NCBI GenBank assembly: GCA_963736645.1
Contig: CAVTPJ010000004.1
Location: 79,109 to 143,108 of the forward strand
From: an uncultured Thermoleophilia bacterium
Lineage (GTDB): Bacteria; Actinomycetota; Thermoleophilia; UBA2241
DNA length: 64,000 bases
Direction: 5' to 3'
The position numbers and the translations under genes were made by a program. Under the pieces are notes generated by a model. That model searched no databases, was not told the origin of the DNA, and saw only the letters and a program-made list of their open reading frames with translations. Every line of letters starts with the position of its first letter. The first letter of the stretch is position 1. This document shows positions 47,851 through 56,132 of this stretch, piece after piece.

Positions 47851-48357
47851 ATGCGCAGACCGACGATGGCCGTCGCCGTGGCGGCCCTGATCCTGGCGGC
47901 CGCGACCCTCGGTGGGTTCGCCCTCGCGGCCTGCGGCGGATCGTCCGGCGGAGCGACGGCGGAGGCCGCCGCCTCCGGTCTTCCCGGCCGCGGCCAGATG
48001 CCCGACATGAGCGCGGTGATCGCGCAGGCGCTCGATCCTCTGGTCGAGGCCGGTACGATCAGCGCCGAGCAGCAGGATGCGGCGGTCGAGGCGCTGGCTT
48101 CCTCGATGCCCTCCGGCGGGGGCGTGGGCCAGGGCGGTCAACCGCCGAGCCCTGGCACACGGCCGAGCGCCGGCGCGACCCCGCCTTCCGGCTCCATGCC
48201 CGACCCTGGACAGATGGTTACCGCAGCGCTCGACGGGCTCGTCGCAGAGGGTACGATCACCGCCCAACAGGAGAGCGCGATCAGCGCGGCGCTGAGCTCG
48301 GCGATGCGGCAGGGCGGGCCGAGCCAGGCGGGTGGTACGGAGACGCAGTCCTACTGA
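47851..48357 (+). CDS. Putative lipoprotein with an internal tandem duplication
   Basis: ATG 47851 is preceded by GAGGTGG. The lipobox is FALAAC-GGSSGG. Two ~37-aa repeats are present: MPDMSAVIAQALDPLVEAGTISAEQQDAAVEALASSM and MPDPGQMVTAALDGLVAEGTITAQQESAISAALSSAM. Confidence 0.6.
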   Translation: MRRPTMAVAVAALILAAATLGGFALAACGGSSGGATAEAAASGLPGRGQMPDMSAVIAQALDPLVEAGTISAEQQDAAVEALASSMPSGGGVGQGGQPPSPGTRPSAGATPPSGSMPDPGQMVTAALDGLVAEGTITAQQESAISAALSSAMRQGGPSQAGGTETQSY

Positions 48358-48452
48358 GCGAAGAGGGCCGGCCGGCGAGGAGGTCCGCCGGCGCGCTGCC
48401 GGATGCTGTCGTCGTTCGGCCCTCCGCGGGCGGTGTCGCGCCGGGGACGGTC

Positions 48453-48830
48453 CTAGCGCTCGATCAGCTCGATCGCGTTGCCGTCCGGGTCCTCGATGAA
48501 CGCGAGCCTGGGGCCGTCGCCGCCCTCGAGCACGTACGGCGGGCGGGTGACCCGGCCGCCGAACAGCTCGACCACCGGCAACACGGCGTCGATGTCCTCC
48601 GTCTCAAAGGCGAAGTGGCCGAAGCGCTCGCCGCCGGGGTAGTCGTCGTCCTTGCCCCAGTTGTAGACCAGCTCGATGGCGAAGTTGCCGGCCTCCGGCT
48701 CCATGAACGCCAGCGTCGCCTTGCCCTTGGTCAGCTCTCGCCGGCGTGAGCAGCGCATGCCGAGCTGCTCGTAGAACTTGATCGCTCCCTCGAGGTCCTT
48801 CGTCCTGGTCGCGACGTGCACGAACTTCAT
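48453..48830 (-). CDS. VOC-family protein (glyoxalase I-like)
   Basis: 125 aa. It has MKFVHVATRTKDLEGAIKFYEQLGM, the metal-ligand-like H/E positions, and FIEDPDGNAIELIE. Confidence 0.85.
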   Translation of the reverse strand: MKFVHVATRTKDLEGAIKFYEQLGMRCSRRRELTKGKATLAFMEPEAGNFAIELVYNWGKDDDYPGGERFGHFAFETEDIDAVLPVVELFGGRVTRPPYVLEGGDGPRLAFIEDPDGNAIELIER

Positions 48831-48867
48831 GTGATCCTCCTCCGCTGCGCTCCGCTATGCTCGGCGC

Positions 48868-49458
48868 ATGTCCATCAGCGCTCTCGGTGACAAGGTACCC
48901 CAGTTCGACCCGGGCGTGTTCGTCCACCCCGACGCCACCATCATCGGCGACGTCGTGCTCGAGGCGGGCGTCACCGTGTGGCCGGGAGCCGTCCTTCGCG
49001 GCGACATCGAGCGCATCTCGGTCGCCGCAGAGACCAGCATCCAGGACGGGGTCGTCATCCACACCGAGCCGGGCGCGCCGGTCGTGATCGGCCGCGGCTG
49101 CGCCGTCGGCCACGGCGCGATCGTGCACGGCGCGGTCATCGGCGACGGCTGCCTCATCGGCATGCACGCCACGCTGCTCGACGGGGCCGAGATCGGCGAA
49201 GAATGCATCGTCGGCGCCAACGCCCTCGTGCTGGGACGGAGAGCGTACCCGCGTCGCAGCCTGCTCGTCGGGACGCCGGCCAGGGTGGCTCGCGAGCTGA
49301 CCGACGAGGACCTTGCGCCGCTGGCCGCCGTCCGCGGCCGCTACACGGCCCGCGGCAAGCTCTACACGGAGCAGGGACTCGGCGCCGACCTCTCCGCGTT
49401 CTGCTGCCGGCCCCGCCGCCCGAGGGACCCGGGGCGCGATGCGCCGACCGGAGGGTAG
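48868..49458 (+). CDS. Gamma-carbonic-anhydrase-like hexapeptide-repeat protein (YrdA/PaaY family)
   Basis: It has left-handed beta-helix repeats and the family pattern VWPGAVLRGD...SIQDGVVIHT..GHGAIVHG. Confidence 0.85.
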   Translation: MSISALGDKVPQFDPGVFVHPDATIIGDVVLEAGVTVWPGAVLRGDIERISVAAETSIQDGVVIHTEPGAPVVIGRGCAVGHGAIVHGAVIGDGCLIGMHATLLDGAEIGEECIVGANALVLGRRAYPRRSLLVGTPARVARELTDEDLAPLAAVRGRYTARGKLYTEQGLGADLSAFCCRPRRPRDPGRDAPTGG

Positions 49459-49466
49459 GCCGCCCC

Positions 49467-50051
49467 GTGACCGCGATCGCCGATAGCGACACGTTCTTCG
49501 CCGTCGACCGGGCCGCGTGGCGCGCGTGGCTCGAGCGGCACCACGCGGCGCGAACGCAGGTCTGGCTGCTCCTGCACAAGAAGCACGTGGACGAGCCGAG
49601 CGTGCGCTACGACGAGGCCGTCGAGGAGGCCCTGTGCTGGGGCTGGATCGACGGCCTCACCAAGCGCTGGGACGAGCGCAGCTACGCCGTGCGCTTCACG
49701 CCGCGCAAGCCCGGCAGCGTGTGGAGCGAGAGCAACGTCGAGCGGGTCACCCGGATGATCGCCGAGGGGCGGATGACGCCCGCCGGGCAGGCGCTCGTCG
49801 ACGAAGCCAAGCGGCGCGGCACGTGGGACGAGGCGGCGTCAGGCAGGCTGGACGTGACGCCGCCCGACCTGGAGGCCGCGCTGGCCGGCGTGCCCGCGGC
49901 TGCGGCCCGCTGGCACGAGTGGCCGGCCACACCGCGGCGCATGTACGTCTACTGGGTGCTGGACGCCAAGCGGCCGGAGACGCGGGCGCGCCGCGTGGCC
50001 GAGACGGTGCGCCGCACCGCCGCCGGCATCAGGCCCGGCGAGCCCGCCTGA
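49467..50051 (+). CDS. YdeI/OmpD-associated family protein
   Basis: GTG 49467 (VTAIADSDTFFAVDRAAWRAWLERHH...). The motifs EALCWGWIDG and RMYVYWVLDAKRPETRARRV are typical of the YdeI family. Confidence 0.75.
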   Translation: MTAIADSDTFFAVDRAAWRAWLERHHAARTQVWLLLHKKHVDEPSVRYDEAVEEALCWGWIDGLTKRWDERSYAVRFTPRKPGSVWSESNVERVTRMIAEGRMTPAGQALVDEAKRRGTWDEAASGRLDVTPPDLEAALAGVPAAAARWHEWPATPRRMYVYWVLDAKRPETRARRVAETVRRTAAGIRPGEPA

Positions 50052-50131
50052 CCTCCCCGCCCGGCCTGCGCGGGCCGGTCAAGCTCGTCCAGCCCCCATC
50101 CTGCCCGCCGGGGGGTAGTCCCTTCGGGACC

Positions 50132-50190
50132 GGTACCGTCCGACGTACGTCCAACGGTACCAACGTACTCTTGGATGCACGTCCGGACGT
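50132..50190. repeat. GTAC-rich nested palindromes in a convergent intergenic region
   Basis: GGTACCGT..GACGTACGTC..ACGGTACC (50132-50161) is nearly a perfect 30-nt palindrome. ACGTCCGGACGT (50179-50190) is a perfect 12-nt palindrome. A small GTCC-CTTCG-GGAC hairpin lies at 50118-50130. Confidence 0.4.
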
Positions 50191-50264
50191 ACATGTCCGC
50201 GCGCCACTCTCCCTCGTCCCGGAGTCAGTGTCGGGGGGCACGCGGCTGAAGCAGACTCAGGCCG

Positions 50265-51050
50265 TCACGCGTCAAGGTGCGCGCGGACGGCGAGCACGAG
50301 CTCGGGCAGCACCTCGCCGCCGGGTCCTCGCAGGAAGAGGTCGCAGCTCCGCGCCAGCGCGTCCCACTCCGGATTGACATCGATCACCGTGGCGCCGGCC
50401 TCCTTGGCGATGAGCGGCACTGCCGCGGCGGGGTAGACGACGCCGGACGTGCCGACGACCAGCATCACGTCGCAACCGGCGCTGAGCTGCTGGGCGGCGT
50501 TCAGGGCGTCCGGCGGCAGGCCCTCGCCGAACCAGACGACCTCAGGCCGCAGGTAGTCGCCGCACGCGGGGCAGCGCGGCGGCTTCTCCTCCTGGCCGGC
50601 GAAGTCGTCCCAGGCGTAGCCGCGGTGGCGGCCGTCGATACAGCGGAAGCTGTGCATGGTGCCGTGCAGCTCGATGACGTGCGAGGAGCCGGCGCGCTGG
50701 TGAAGCCCGTCGATGTTCTGCGTGATGACGACGACCTTCGGCAGCAGCTCCTCGAGCTCGGCGATGGCGAGGTGCCCCGGGTTGGGCTCGGCCGCCGCCG
50801 CCACGCCGAAGCGGTGCTCGTACCAGCTCCACACAAAGGCTGGGTCCCTGCGGTACGCCTCCGGAGTGGCGAGCTCCATAGGGTCGTACTGGGCCCAGAG
50901 GCCGGTCTCGGGCTCGCGGAACGTCGCGATGCCGGACTCTTTGCTCACGCCGGCTCCGGTGAACACCGCGAGCCGGGCCGAGCGCGCGACGGCGCGCGCG
51001 GCGGTCTGCAGGTCGCCGTCAGGTCGCTGATCGTCGAGCCGGTCGCTCAC
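50265..51050 (-). CDS. cobB: NAD-dependent protein deacylase (Sir2 family)
   Basis: It has GAGVSKESGIATFR, QNIDGLHQRAG, the catalytic H in IELHG, and the Zn ribbon C..C...CPACG. Confidence 0.9.
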   Translation of the reverse strand: MSDRLDDQRPDGDLQTAARAVARSARLAVFTGAGVSKESGIATFREPETGLWAQYDPMELATPEAYRRDPAFVWSWYEHRFGVAAAAEPNPGHLAIAELEELLPKVVVITQNIDGLHQRAGSSHVIELHGTMHSFRCIDGRHRGYAWDDFAGQEEKPPRCPACGDYLRPEVVWFGEGLPPDALNAAQQLSAGCDVMLVVGTSGVVYPAAAVPLIAKEAGATVIDVNPEWDALARSCDLFLRGPGGEVLPELVLAVRAHLDA

Positions 51051-51121
51051 GGGAACCTCCGGAGACGTATGCTGGGGCTGCTCCGGATTGTACGCCAGCC
51101 GCCGGGGGGAGAGGGCGTCAC

Positions 51122-51652
51122 ATGGACGAGCGCGACACGGATACAGCGGGACCGCAAGAGCCGGTGGGCGCAGCCGGACCGGCGGTCACGCTTCAACAGA
51201 GCGCGCCGAGCGGCGGCGGCCGGCGTCTCCTCGCCGCCGCCGTCCTGCTGCCGTGGATGGTCGTCTACGGCGTCACCGGCACGTGGGCCGTGACGCTCGG
51301 CGCGCGCGCCTTCGCCGACGGCCTCGAGCGGCTCGACGCCGGCTATACGCGCATCGTCACTCCGACCGAGCTCATGTACGTCGGGGCTCTGGTGCTGGCC
51401 GGCTTCGGCGTCCTGCTCGCCTGCGCCCTGCTCCTTCTCTTCCAGCGGCGCTCGGCCATGGTGTGGCTGCCGCTGCTTCTCGTGGCCGCGGGACTCACGG
51501 CCGGGTCGGTGTGGGCCGCCGTGAGCGGCGGCCTGCATCCCGGCCTCTGGGTCCTCTTCTTCTTCGGGCTCGCCTACGCCACCGTCGTCGCCCTCGTGCG
51601 GGTCGTCCAGGTGACGCGCGCCGCGCGGCGTGGCACAATCGCGCAACCATGA
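51122..51652 (+). CDS. Hypothetical 4-TM membrane protein
   Basis: There are four hydrophobic helices and coding-like codon bias. The stop overlaps the next start (ATGA). Confidence 0.5.
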   Translation: MDERDTDTAGPQEPVGAAGPAVTLQQSAPSGGGRRLLAAAVLLPWMVVYGVTGTWAVTLGARAFADGLERLDAGYTRIVTPTELMYVGALVLAGFGVLLACALLLLFQRRSAMVWLPLLLVAAGLTAGSVWAAVSGGLHPGLWVLFFFGLAYATVVALVRVVQVTRAARRGTIAQP

Positions 51653-52002
51653 GCACCAGCATCTTCGTCGGGCACGCCAAGCCGCCCGCCAACACGGTCA
51701 GCGGCCAGATGTACACGATCCTCAGCGTGGTGTGCGAGGTCGAGATGGACACGGGCGTCATCGTGGCCGCCGAGTTCACCGTGGCCACGGAGCTCGCGAA
51801 GGACTATCTCAATCGGCTCCTCTCCGGGCGCAACCTGACCACCGACGAGGACGCCATCGTCGCCGAGCTCGAACGCTGCTACTTCTCCGGCACGCAGAAG
51901 GCGCTCATCCAGTCGTTCCGCGACATGGCCAAGCGGTACCGCGCCCAGCTGGGCGCGGGCCGGCCGGAGACGCCGGCGGAGCCGGCCCCCCCGGCCGGCT
52001 GA
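51649..52002 (+). CDS. DUF3870-like small protein
   Basis: ATG 51649 (MSTSIFVGHAKPPANTVSGQMYTILSVVCEVEMDTGVIVAAEFT...). The assignment rests on my recollection of that family's N-terminal pattern. Confidence 0.55.
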   Translation: MSTSIFVGHAKPPANTVSGQMYTILSVVCEVEMDTGVIVAAEFTVATELAKDYLNRLLSGRNLTTDEDAIVAELERCYFSGTQKALIQSFRDMAKRYRAQLGAGRPETPAEPAPPAG

Positions 52003-52073
52003 GCCGGACCAGCGCTGCCGGCCGGCTGGCCCTCCGGGCCCGGGCCGTCCGTCCGCTTCGTCCTTCCTGCACG

Positions 52074-52102
52074 TTGTCGCCCCGAGGGGCAGGTGCTAGC
52101 GT
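52074..52102 (+). promoter_or_regulatory. Candidate promoter for the malic enzyme-fumarase operon
   Basis: TTGTCG (52074-79), a 17-nt spacer, then TAGCGT (52097-102). An ~80-nt leader ends in AAGGAGGG before ATG 52184. Confidence 0.3.
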
Positions 52103-52183
52103 TTCTTATTCACCCGCAGCATCCTCGCGAGTGCATGCATCGTCACGACCCGGCGGCCGTCCCGCCGGTCACAAGGAGGGCAC

Positions 52184-53884
52184 ATGCCGGACGAGACCAC
52201 CCAGGGCGCCGCGGGCCAGACCGAAGGCCATCAGCCCACCGTCGAGGAGCTCAAGGCCAAGGCGTACCAGCCCATGGAAGACGCCAAGGTCCTCCACCCG
52301 TTCTACCGGGGCAAGATCGAGACCACCCTCAAGTGCTGCATCCGCGACTTCCAGGACTTCGGCATCTGGTACACACCCGGCGTCAGCGCCCCCTGCCTTG
52401 AGATCAAGGACGATCCCGAGAAGGCCTACGAGTACACCAACAAGTGGAACACGGTGGCCGTGATCAGCGACGGCACCCGCGTGCTCGGCATGGGCGACAT
52501 CGGCCCCAAGGCGGGCATGCCGGTGATGGAGGGCAAGAGCCTCCTCTACAAGTACCTCGGCGGCGTCGACGGCTTCCCGCTCATGGTCGACACCAAGGAC
52601 CCGGACAGGTTCATCGAGTTCGTCAAGCTGGTGCAGCCCGGGCTGGGCGGGGTGAATCTGGAGGACATCGCCCAGCCCAAGTGCTTCCGCATCCTCGACA
52701 CCCTGCGCGAGGAGTGCGAGATCCCCGTGTGGCACGACGACCAGCAGGGCACGGCGTGCGTCACGCTCGCCGGCCTCATCAACGCCCTCAAAGTCGTGGG
52801 CCGGCGCATCGACGACGTCGAGATCGCCTTCATCGGCTCGGGCGCCGCCAACGTCGCCATCAGCCGCCTCATCTTCTCCTACGGCGCCGACCCGGAGAAG
52901 TGCCGCATCGTCGACAGCAAGGGCATCCTCCACAAGGGCCGCTCGGACGTCGAGGCCGTCAAGGACGAGTGGGTCGACAAGTGGAAGTACTGCAACAGCA
53001 CCAACGCCGAGGGCCGCACCGGCAGCATCGAGGACGCGCTCAAGGGTGCGCACGTGTGCATCGCGCTCAGCAAGCAGGGCCCAGACACCATCGAGAAGGA
53101 GTGGATCCGGGGGATGGCCCACGACCCCGTGGTCTTCCTCTGCGCCAACCCCATCCCGGAGATGTGGCCGTGGGACGCCAAGGAGGCCGGCGCCGCCGTG
53201 GTAGCCACCGGCCGCAGCGACTTCCCCAACCAGGTCAACAACTCGGTCGGGTTCCCCGGCATCTTCCGCGGCACCCTCGACGTGCGCGCCAAGACGATCA
53301 CCGACGAGATGTGCATCGCCGCGGCCGAGGAGCTCGCCAAGGTCGCGGAGGACAAGGGCCTCTCCGCCGACTACATCATGCCGACCATGGACGACTGGGA
53401 GGTCTTCCCGCGTGAGGCGGCCGCAGTCGCGATGAAGGCCATCGAGCAGGGCATCGCGCTGCGCACCGACCTGACGTTCGAGCAGGAGGTCGCGGAGGCG
53501 ACGGCGATCATCGCCCGGGCCCGCGGCATGGTGCAGGACCAGATGGCGATCGGCTACATCCCCATGCCCGAGGGGAGCCGTGCGCCGGCGCCGACCAAGG
53601 CCGCGGCCAAGGCCGTCGCGCGCGGCTACGGCGACTACGCCGGCGAGATCGCCGACAAGGCGGTCGACGCCATCGGCCCGGCCGCCGACAAGATCGCCGC
53701 GGCGACGGCCGCGGCCATCGACAAGGCCACCGAGGCGATCAGGAAGGCCACGTCCGGCATGAAGAAGGACGACGGCGTCACCGACGCCGAGGTCGTCGGC
53801 GAGGAGCCGCCGGCCTGGACGCCGCCTGCCGCCGAGCCCGAGCCTCCGGCCGGCGCCGAAGGCGACGCCAAGAAGGACGAGTGA
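52184..53884 (+). CDS. NAD(P)-dependent malic enzyme with a ~110-aa Ala/Lys/Asp-rich C-terminal extension
   Basis: It has [34 protein letters not shown] and [10 protein letters not shown] (Rossmann). The extension carries repeated A-x-DKA motifs ([33 protein letters not shown]). Confidence 0.9.
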   Translation: MPDETTQGAAGQTEGHQPTVEELKAKAYQPMEDAKVLHPFYRGKIETTLKCCIRDFQDFGIWYTPGVSAPCLEIKDDPEKAYEYTNKWNTVAVISDGTRVLGMGDIGPKAGMPVMEGKSLLYKYLGGVDGFPLMVDTKDPDRFIEFVKLVQPGLGGVNLEDIAQPKCFRILDTLREECEIPVWHDDQQGTACVTLAGLINALKVVGRRIDDVEIAFIGSGAANVAISRLIFSYGADPEKCRIVDSKGILHKGRSDVEAVKDEWVDKWKYCNSTNAEGRTGSIEDALKGAHVCIALSKQGPDTIEKEWIRGMAHDPVVFLCANPIPEMWPWDAKEAGAAVVATGRSDFPNQVNNSVGFPGIFRGTLDVRAKTITDEMCIAAAEELAKVAEDKGLSADYIMPTMDDWEVFPREAAAVAMKAIEQGIALRTDLTFEQEVAEATAIIARARGMVQDQMAIGYIPMPEGSRAPAPTKAAAKAVARGYGDYAGEIADKAVDAIGPAADKIAAATAAAIDKATEAIRKATSGMKKDDGVTDAEVVGEEPPAWTPPAAEPEPPAGAEGDAKKDE

Positions 53885-53885
53885 G

Positions 53886-54740
53886 GTGGGCGACATCCGG
53901 GAGCTCGACGTCGCCGCGGTGACCGCGGCGGTCAGAGACCTGTGCATCACCGCCAACTACGACCTGCCGGTGGACGTGTACGACGCGCTCAAGGACGCGC
54001 AGGAGTCCGAGGAGTCGCCGGTGGGCCGCGAGGTGCTGGCGCAGCTCGTGGAGAACGCCGACATCGCCGCGGCCGACAGAGTGCCGGTCTGCCAGGACAC
54101 CGGCTTCGCGGTGATCTTCGCCGCGGTGGGGCAGGACGTGCACCTCACCGGCGGCGACTTCGAGGAGGCCGTGCACGAGGGCGTGCGGCAGGGCTACGGC
54201 GACGGCTACCTGCGCAAGTCCGTCGCCGAGGAGCCGGGCCACGCGCGGCGGAACACGAAGGACAACACGCCGGCCATCATCCACACGAGCATCGTGCCGG
54301 GCGACCAGGTCACCCTGACGATGATGGCCAAGGGCGGCGGCGCCGAGAACATGAGCTCCCTCAGCATGCTCAAGCCGGCTCAGGGCTGGGCGGGCATGGT
54401 GGACGCCGTCGTCGACACCGTCAGCCGCGCCGGGTCCAACCCGTGCCCGCCGGTGATCATCGGCGTCGGCATCGGCGGCACCATCGAGATGGTCACGCTG
54501 CTCGCCAAGAAGGCGCTGCTGCGCGACGTCGGCAGCACGCACCCGGACCCGCGCATCGCGGAGATGGAGGACGAGCTGCTCGAGAAGATCAACGCCCTCG
54601 GCATCGGTCCCCAAGGCCTCGGCGGCCGCACCACGGCCCTCGACGTGTTCATCGAGGAGATGCCGTGCCACATCGCCAGCATGCCGATGGCCGTCAACGT
54701 CCAGTGCCACGCGCAGCGGCACAAGACCGTGACGCTCTGA
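53886..54740 (+). CDS. Class I (Fe-S) fumarate hydratase / tartrate dehydratase, alpha subunit
   Basis: GTG 53886 lies 1 nt after the malic enzyme stop. It has the motifs PVCQDTGFAVIF, MAKGGGAENMS and PPVIIGVGIGGT. Confidence 0.9.
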   Translation: MGDIRELDVAAVTAAVRDLCITANYDLPVDVYDALKDAQESEESPVGREVLAQLVENADIAAADRVPVCQDTGFAVIFAAVGQDVHLTGGDFEEAVHEGVRQGYGDGYLRKSVAEEPGHARRNTKDNTPAIIHTSIVPGDQVTLTMMAKGGGAENMSSLSMLKPAQGWAGMVDAVVDTVSRAGSNPCPPVIIGVGIGGTIEMVTLLAKKALLRDVGSTHPDPRIAEMEDELLEKINALGIGPQGLGGRTTALDVFIEEMPCHIASMPMAVNVQCHAQRHKTVTL

Positions 54741-54751
54741 GGGAGGGGATC

Positions 54752-55309
54752 ATGGCTGCGAAGAGGATCACGACCCCCCTCACGGACGAGGTCGTCAGGG
54801 ACCTGCGCGCCGGTGACACCGTGGAGATCACCGGCGTCGTCTACCAGGCGCGCGACGCGGCCCACAAGCGGCTCGTCGCGCTCATCGAGGCCGGCGCGGA
54901 GCTGCCGTTCGAGCTGCAGGGCGCGGTCGTCTACTACATGGGACCGAGCCCGGCCAAGCCGGGCAACGTCATCGGCTCCGCCGGCCCCACCACCAGCGGC
55001 CGCATGGACGCCTACGCGCCGCTGCTCATGCGGCACGGCCTCAAAGGCATGATCGGCAAGGGGCTGCGGACGGCCGAGGTCAAGCAGGCCATGCGGGACG
55101 AGACCGCCGTGTACTTCGCCGCCACCGGCGGCGCCGGCGCGCTGCTGGCCAAGCGCATCGTCGGCAACGAGGTCATCGCCTACCCCGAGCTCGGCGCCGA
55201 GGCCGTCGCGCGGCTCGAGGTCGTCGACTTCCCGGCCATCGTCGTCATGGACTGCCACGGCGGCGACCTGTACGCGGAGGGCCGCGCCCGGTACGCGCGC
55301 GAGGCGTAG
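54752..55309 (+). CDS. Class I (Fe-S) fumarate hydratase / tartrate dehydratase, beta subunit
   Basis: ATG 54752 is preceded by GGGAGGGG. It has the motifs GVVYQARDAAHKRL, GPTTSGRMD and MIGKG. Confidence 0.9.
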   Translation: MAAKRITTPLTDEVVRDLRAGDTVEITGVVYQARDAAHKRLVALIEAGAELPFELQGAVVYYMGPSPAKPGNVIGSAGPTTSGRMDAYAPLLMRHGLKGMIGKGLRTAEVKQAMRDETAVYFAATGGAGALLAKRIVGNEVIAYPELGAEAVARLEVVDFPAIVVMDCHGGDLYAEGRARYAREA

Positions 55310-55338
55310 CGCCGGGCACTTGTCCGGCGAGGCCGCCG

Positions 55339-55403
55339 GGTACGGTCGAGCGTGTCTCGAAGGCACGTACGCCCGGGCGTACGTGCAACGACACGTCCGT
55401 ACC
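55339..55403 (+). terminator. Long GTAC-rich extended hairpin downstream of the fumarase genes
   Basis: The outer stem is GGTACGG/CCGTACC and the middle stem GTGTC/GACAC. The apex is the perfect 22-nt palindrome CACGTACGCCCGGGCGTACGTG. It starts 30 nt after the stop at 55309. There is no U-tract. Confidence 0.45.
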
Positions 55404-55521
55404 ATGGGGCGCACGCTTGGGCGTACCGGCACCGCGACGACAACCCTCCACCCGCCAGGGAGGGCCAGGGTCCAGCCAACGGCCGGCCGGCCCGTCGAGC
55501 GCGTGCGGGCCCGCCGGCGGG

Positions 55522-55527
55522 TACAAT
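55522..55527 (+). promoter_or_regulatory. Candidate -10 element (TACAAT) for the DUF4126 operon
   Basis: TACAAT lies 20 nt upstream of GTG 55548, with GGAGGAAG between them. I found no convincing -35 element. Confidence 0.35.
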
Positions 55528-55547
55528 CGTACGATGGAGGAAGCGTC

Positions 55548-56132
55548 GTGACCGCCTGGATCATAGCCGTCGGGCGGATGCTGGGTCTCGGTACGATCGC
55601 CGGCATCCGGCCGTCGCTCACGCTCGCCGTCATCGGGGTCGTCAGCTACTTCGATTGGGGCGTCGAGCCCAACGACGTGTTCTCGTTCCTCACCAGCTGG
55701 CTGGCGATCGGGATCTTCGTCGTGCTCGCGATCCTCGAGTCGGCCTTCGACAAGATGTCCAAGATGGACCGGCTGCAGGACCGCCTCATCATGCCCTACC
55801 GCCTGTTCATCGGCGGGGTGGCCGGCGCCGCTACGATCCCCTTCGGCTGGAGAGGGATCGTCGTCGGCGCCGCCGTCGGCGCCGGGGCGGCGTGGTTCTC
55901 CCAGTACACCAAGCACCTCACGCGTCCCAAGAGCGTGCCCAGCGAGGCTGTCGTGGCGCTCATCAGCGCCGCCGAGGACCTCGGCGCATACCTCGGCAGC
56001 GCCCTGGTCCTCGCGGTGCCCTACGTGGGGTACGCCTATCTCGGCGTCACCGGGTTCGCCTACTGGCGTGTCCGCGATCGCCGGCGCGCGAAGTACAAGA
56101 AGATGAGACGGGCGGGCGGGGGCGTGCCATGA
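55548..56132 (+). CDS. DUF4126-like membrane protein
   Basis: GTG 55548 follows GGAGGAAG. The pattern GIRPSLTLAVIG...ESAFDKMSKMDRLQD... plus 4-5 TM helices matches my recollection of DUF4126. Confidence 0.65.
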   Translation: MTAWIIAVGRMLGLGTIAGIRPSLTLAVIGVVSYFDWGVEPNDVFSFLTSWLAIGIFVVLAILESAFDKMSKMDRLQDRLIMPYRLFIGGVAGAATIPFGWRGIVVGAAVGAGAAWFSQYTKHLTRPKSVPSEAVVALISAAEDLGAYLGSALVLAVPYVGYAYLGVTGFAYWRVRDRRRAKYKKMRRAGGGVP

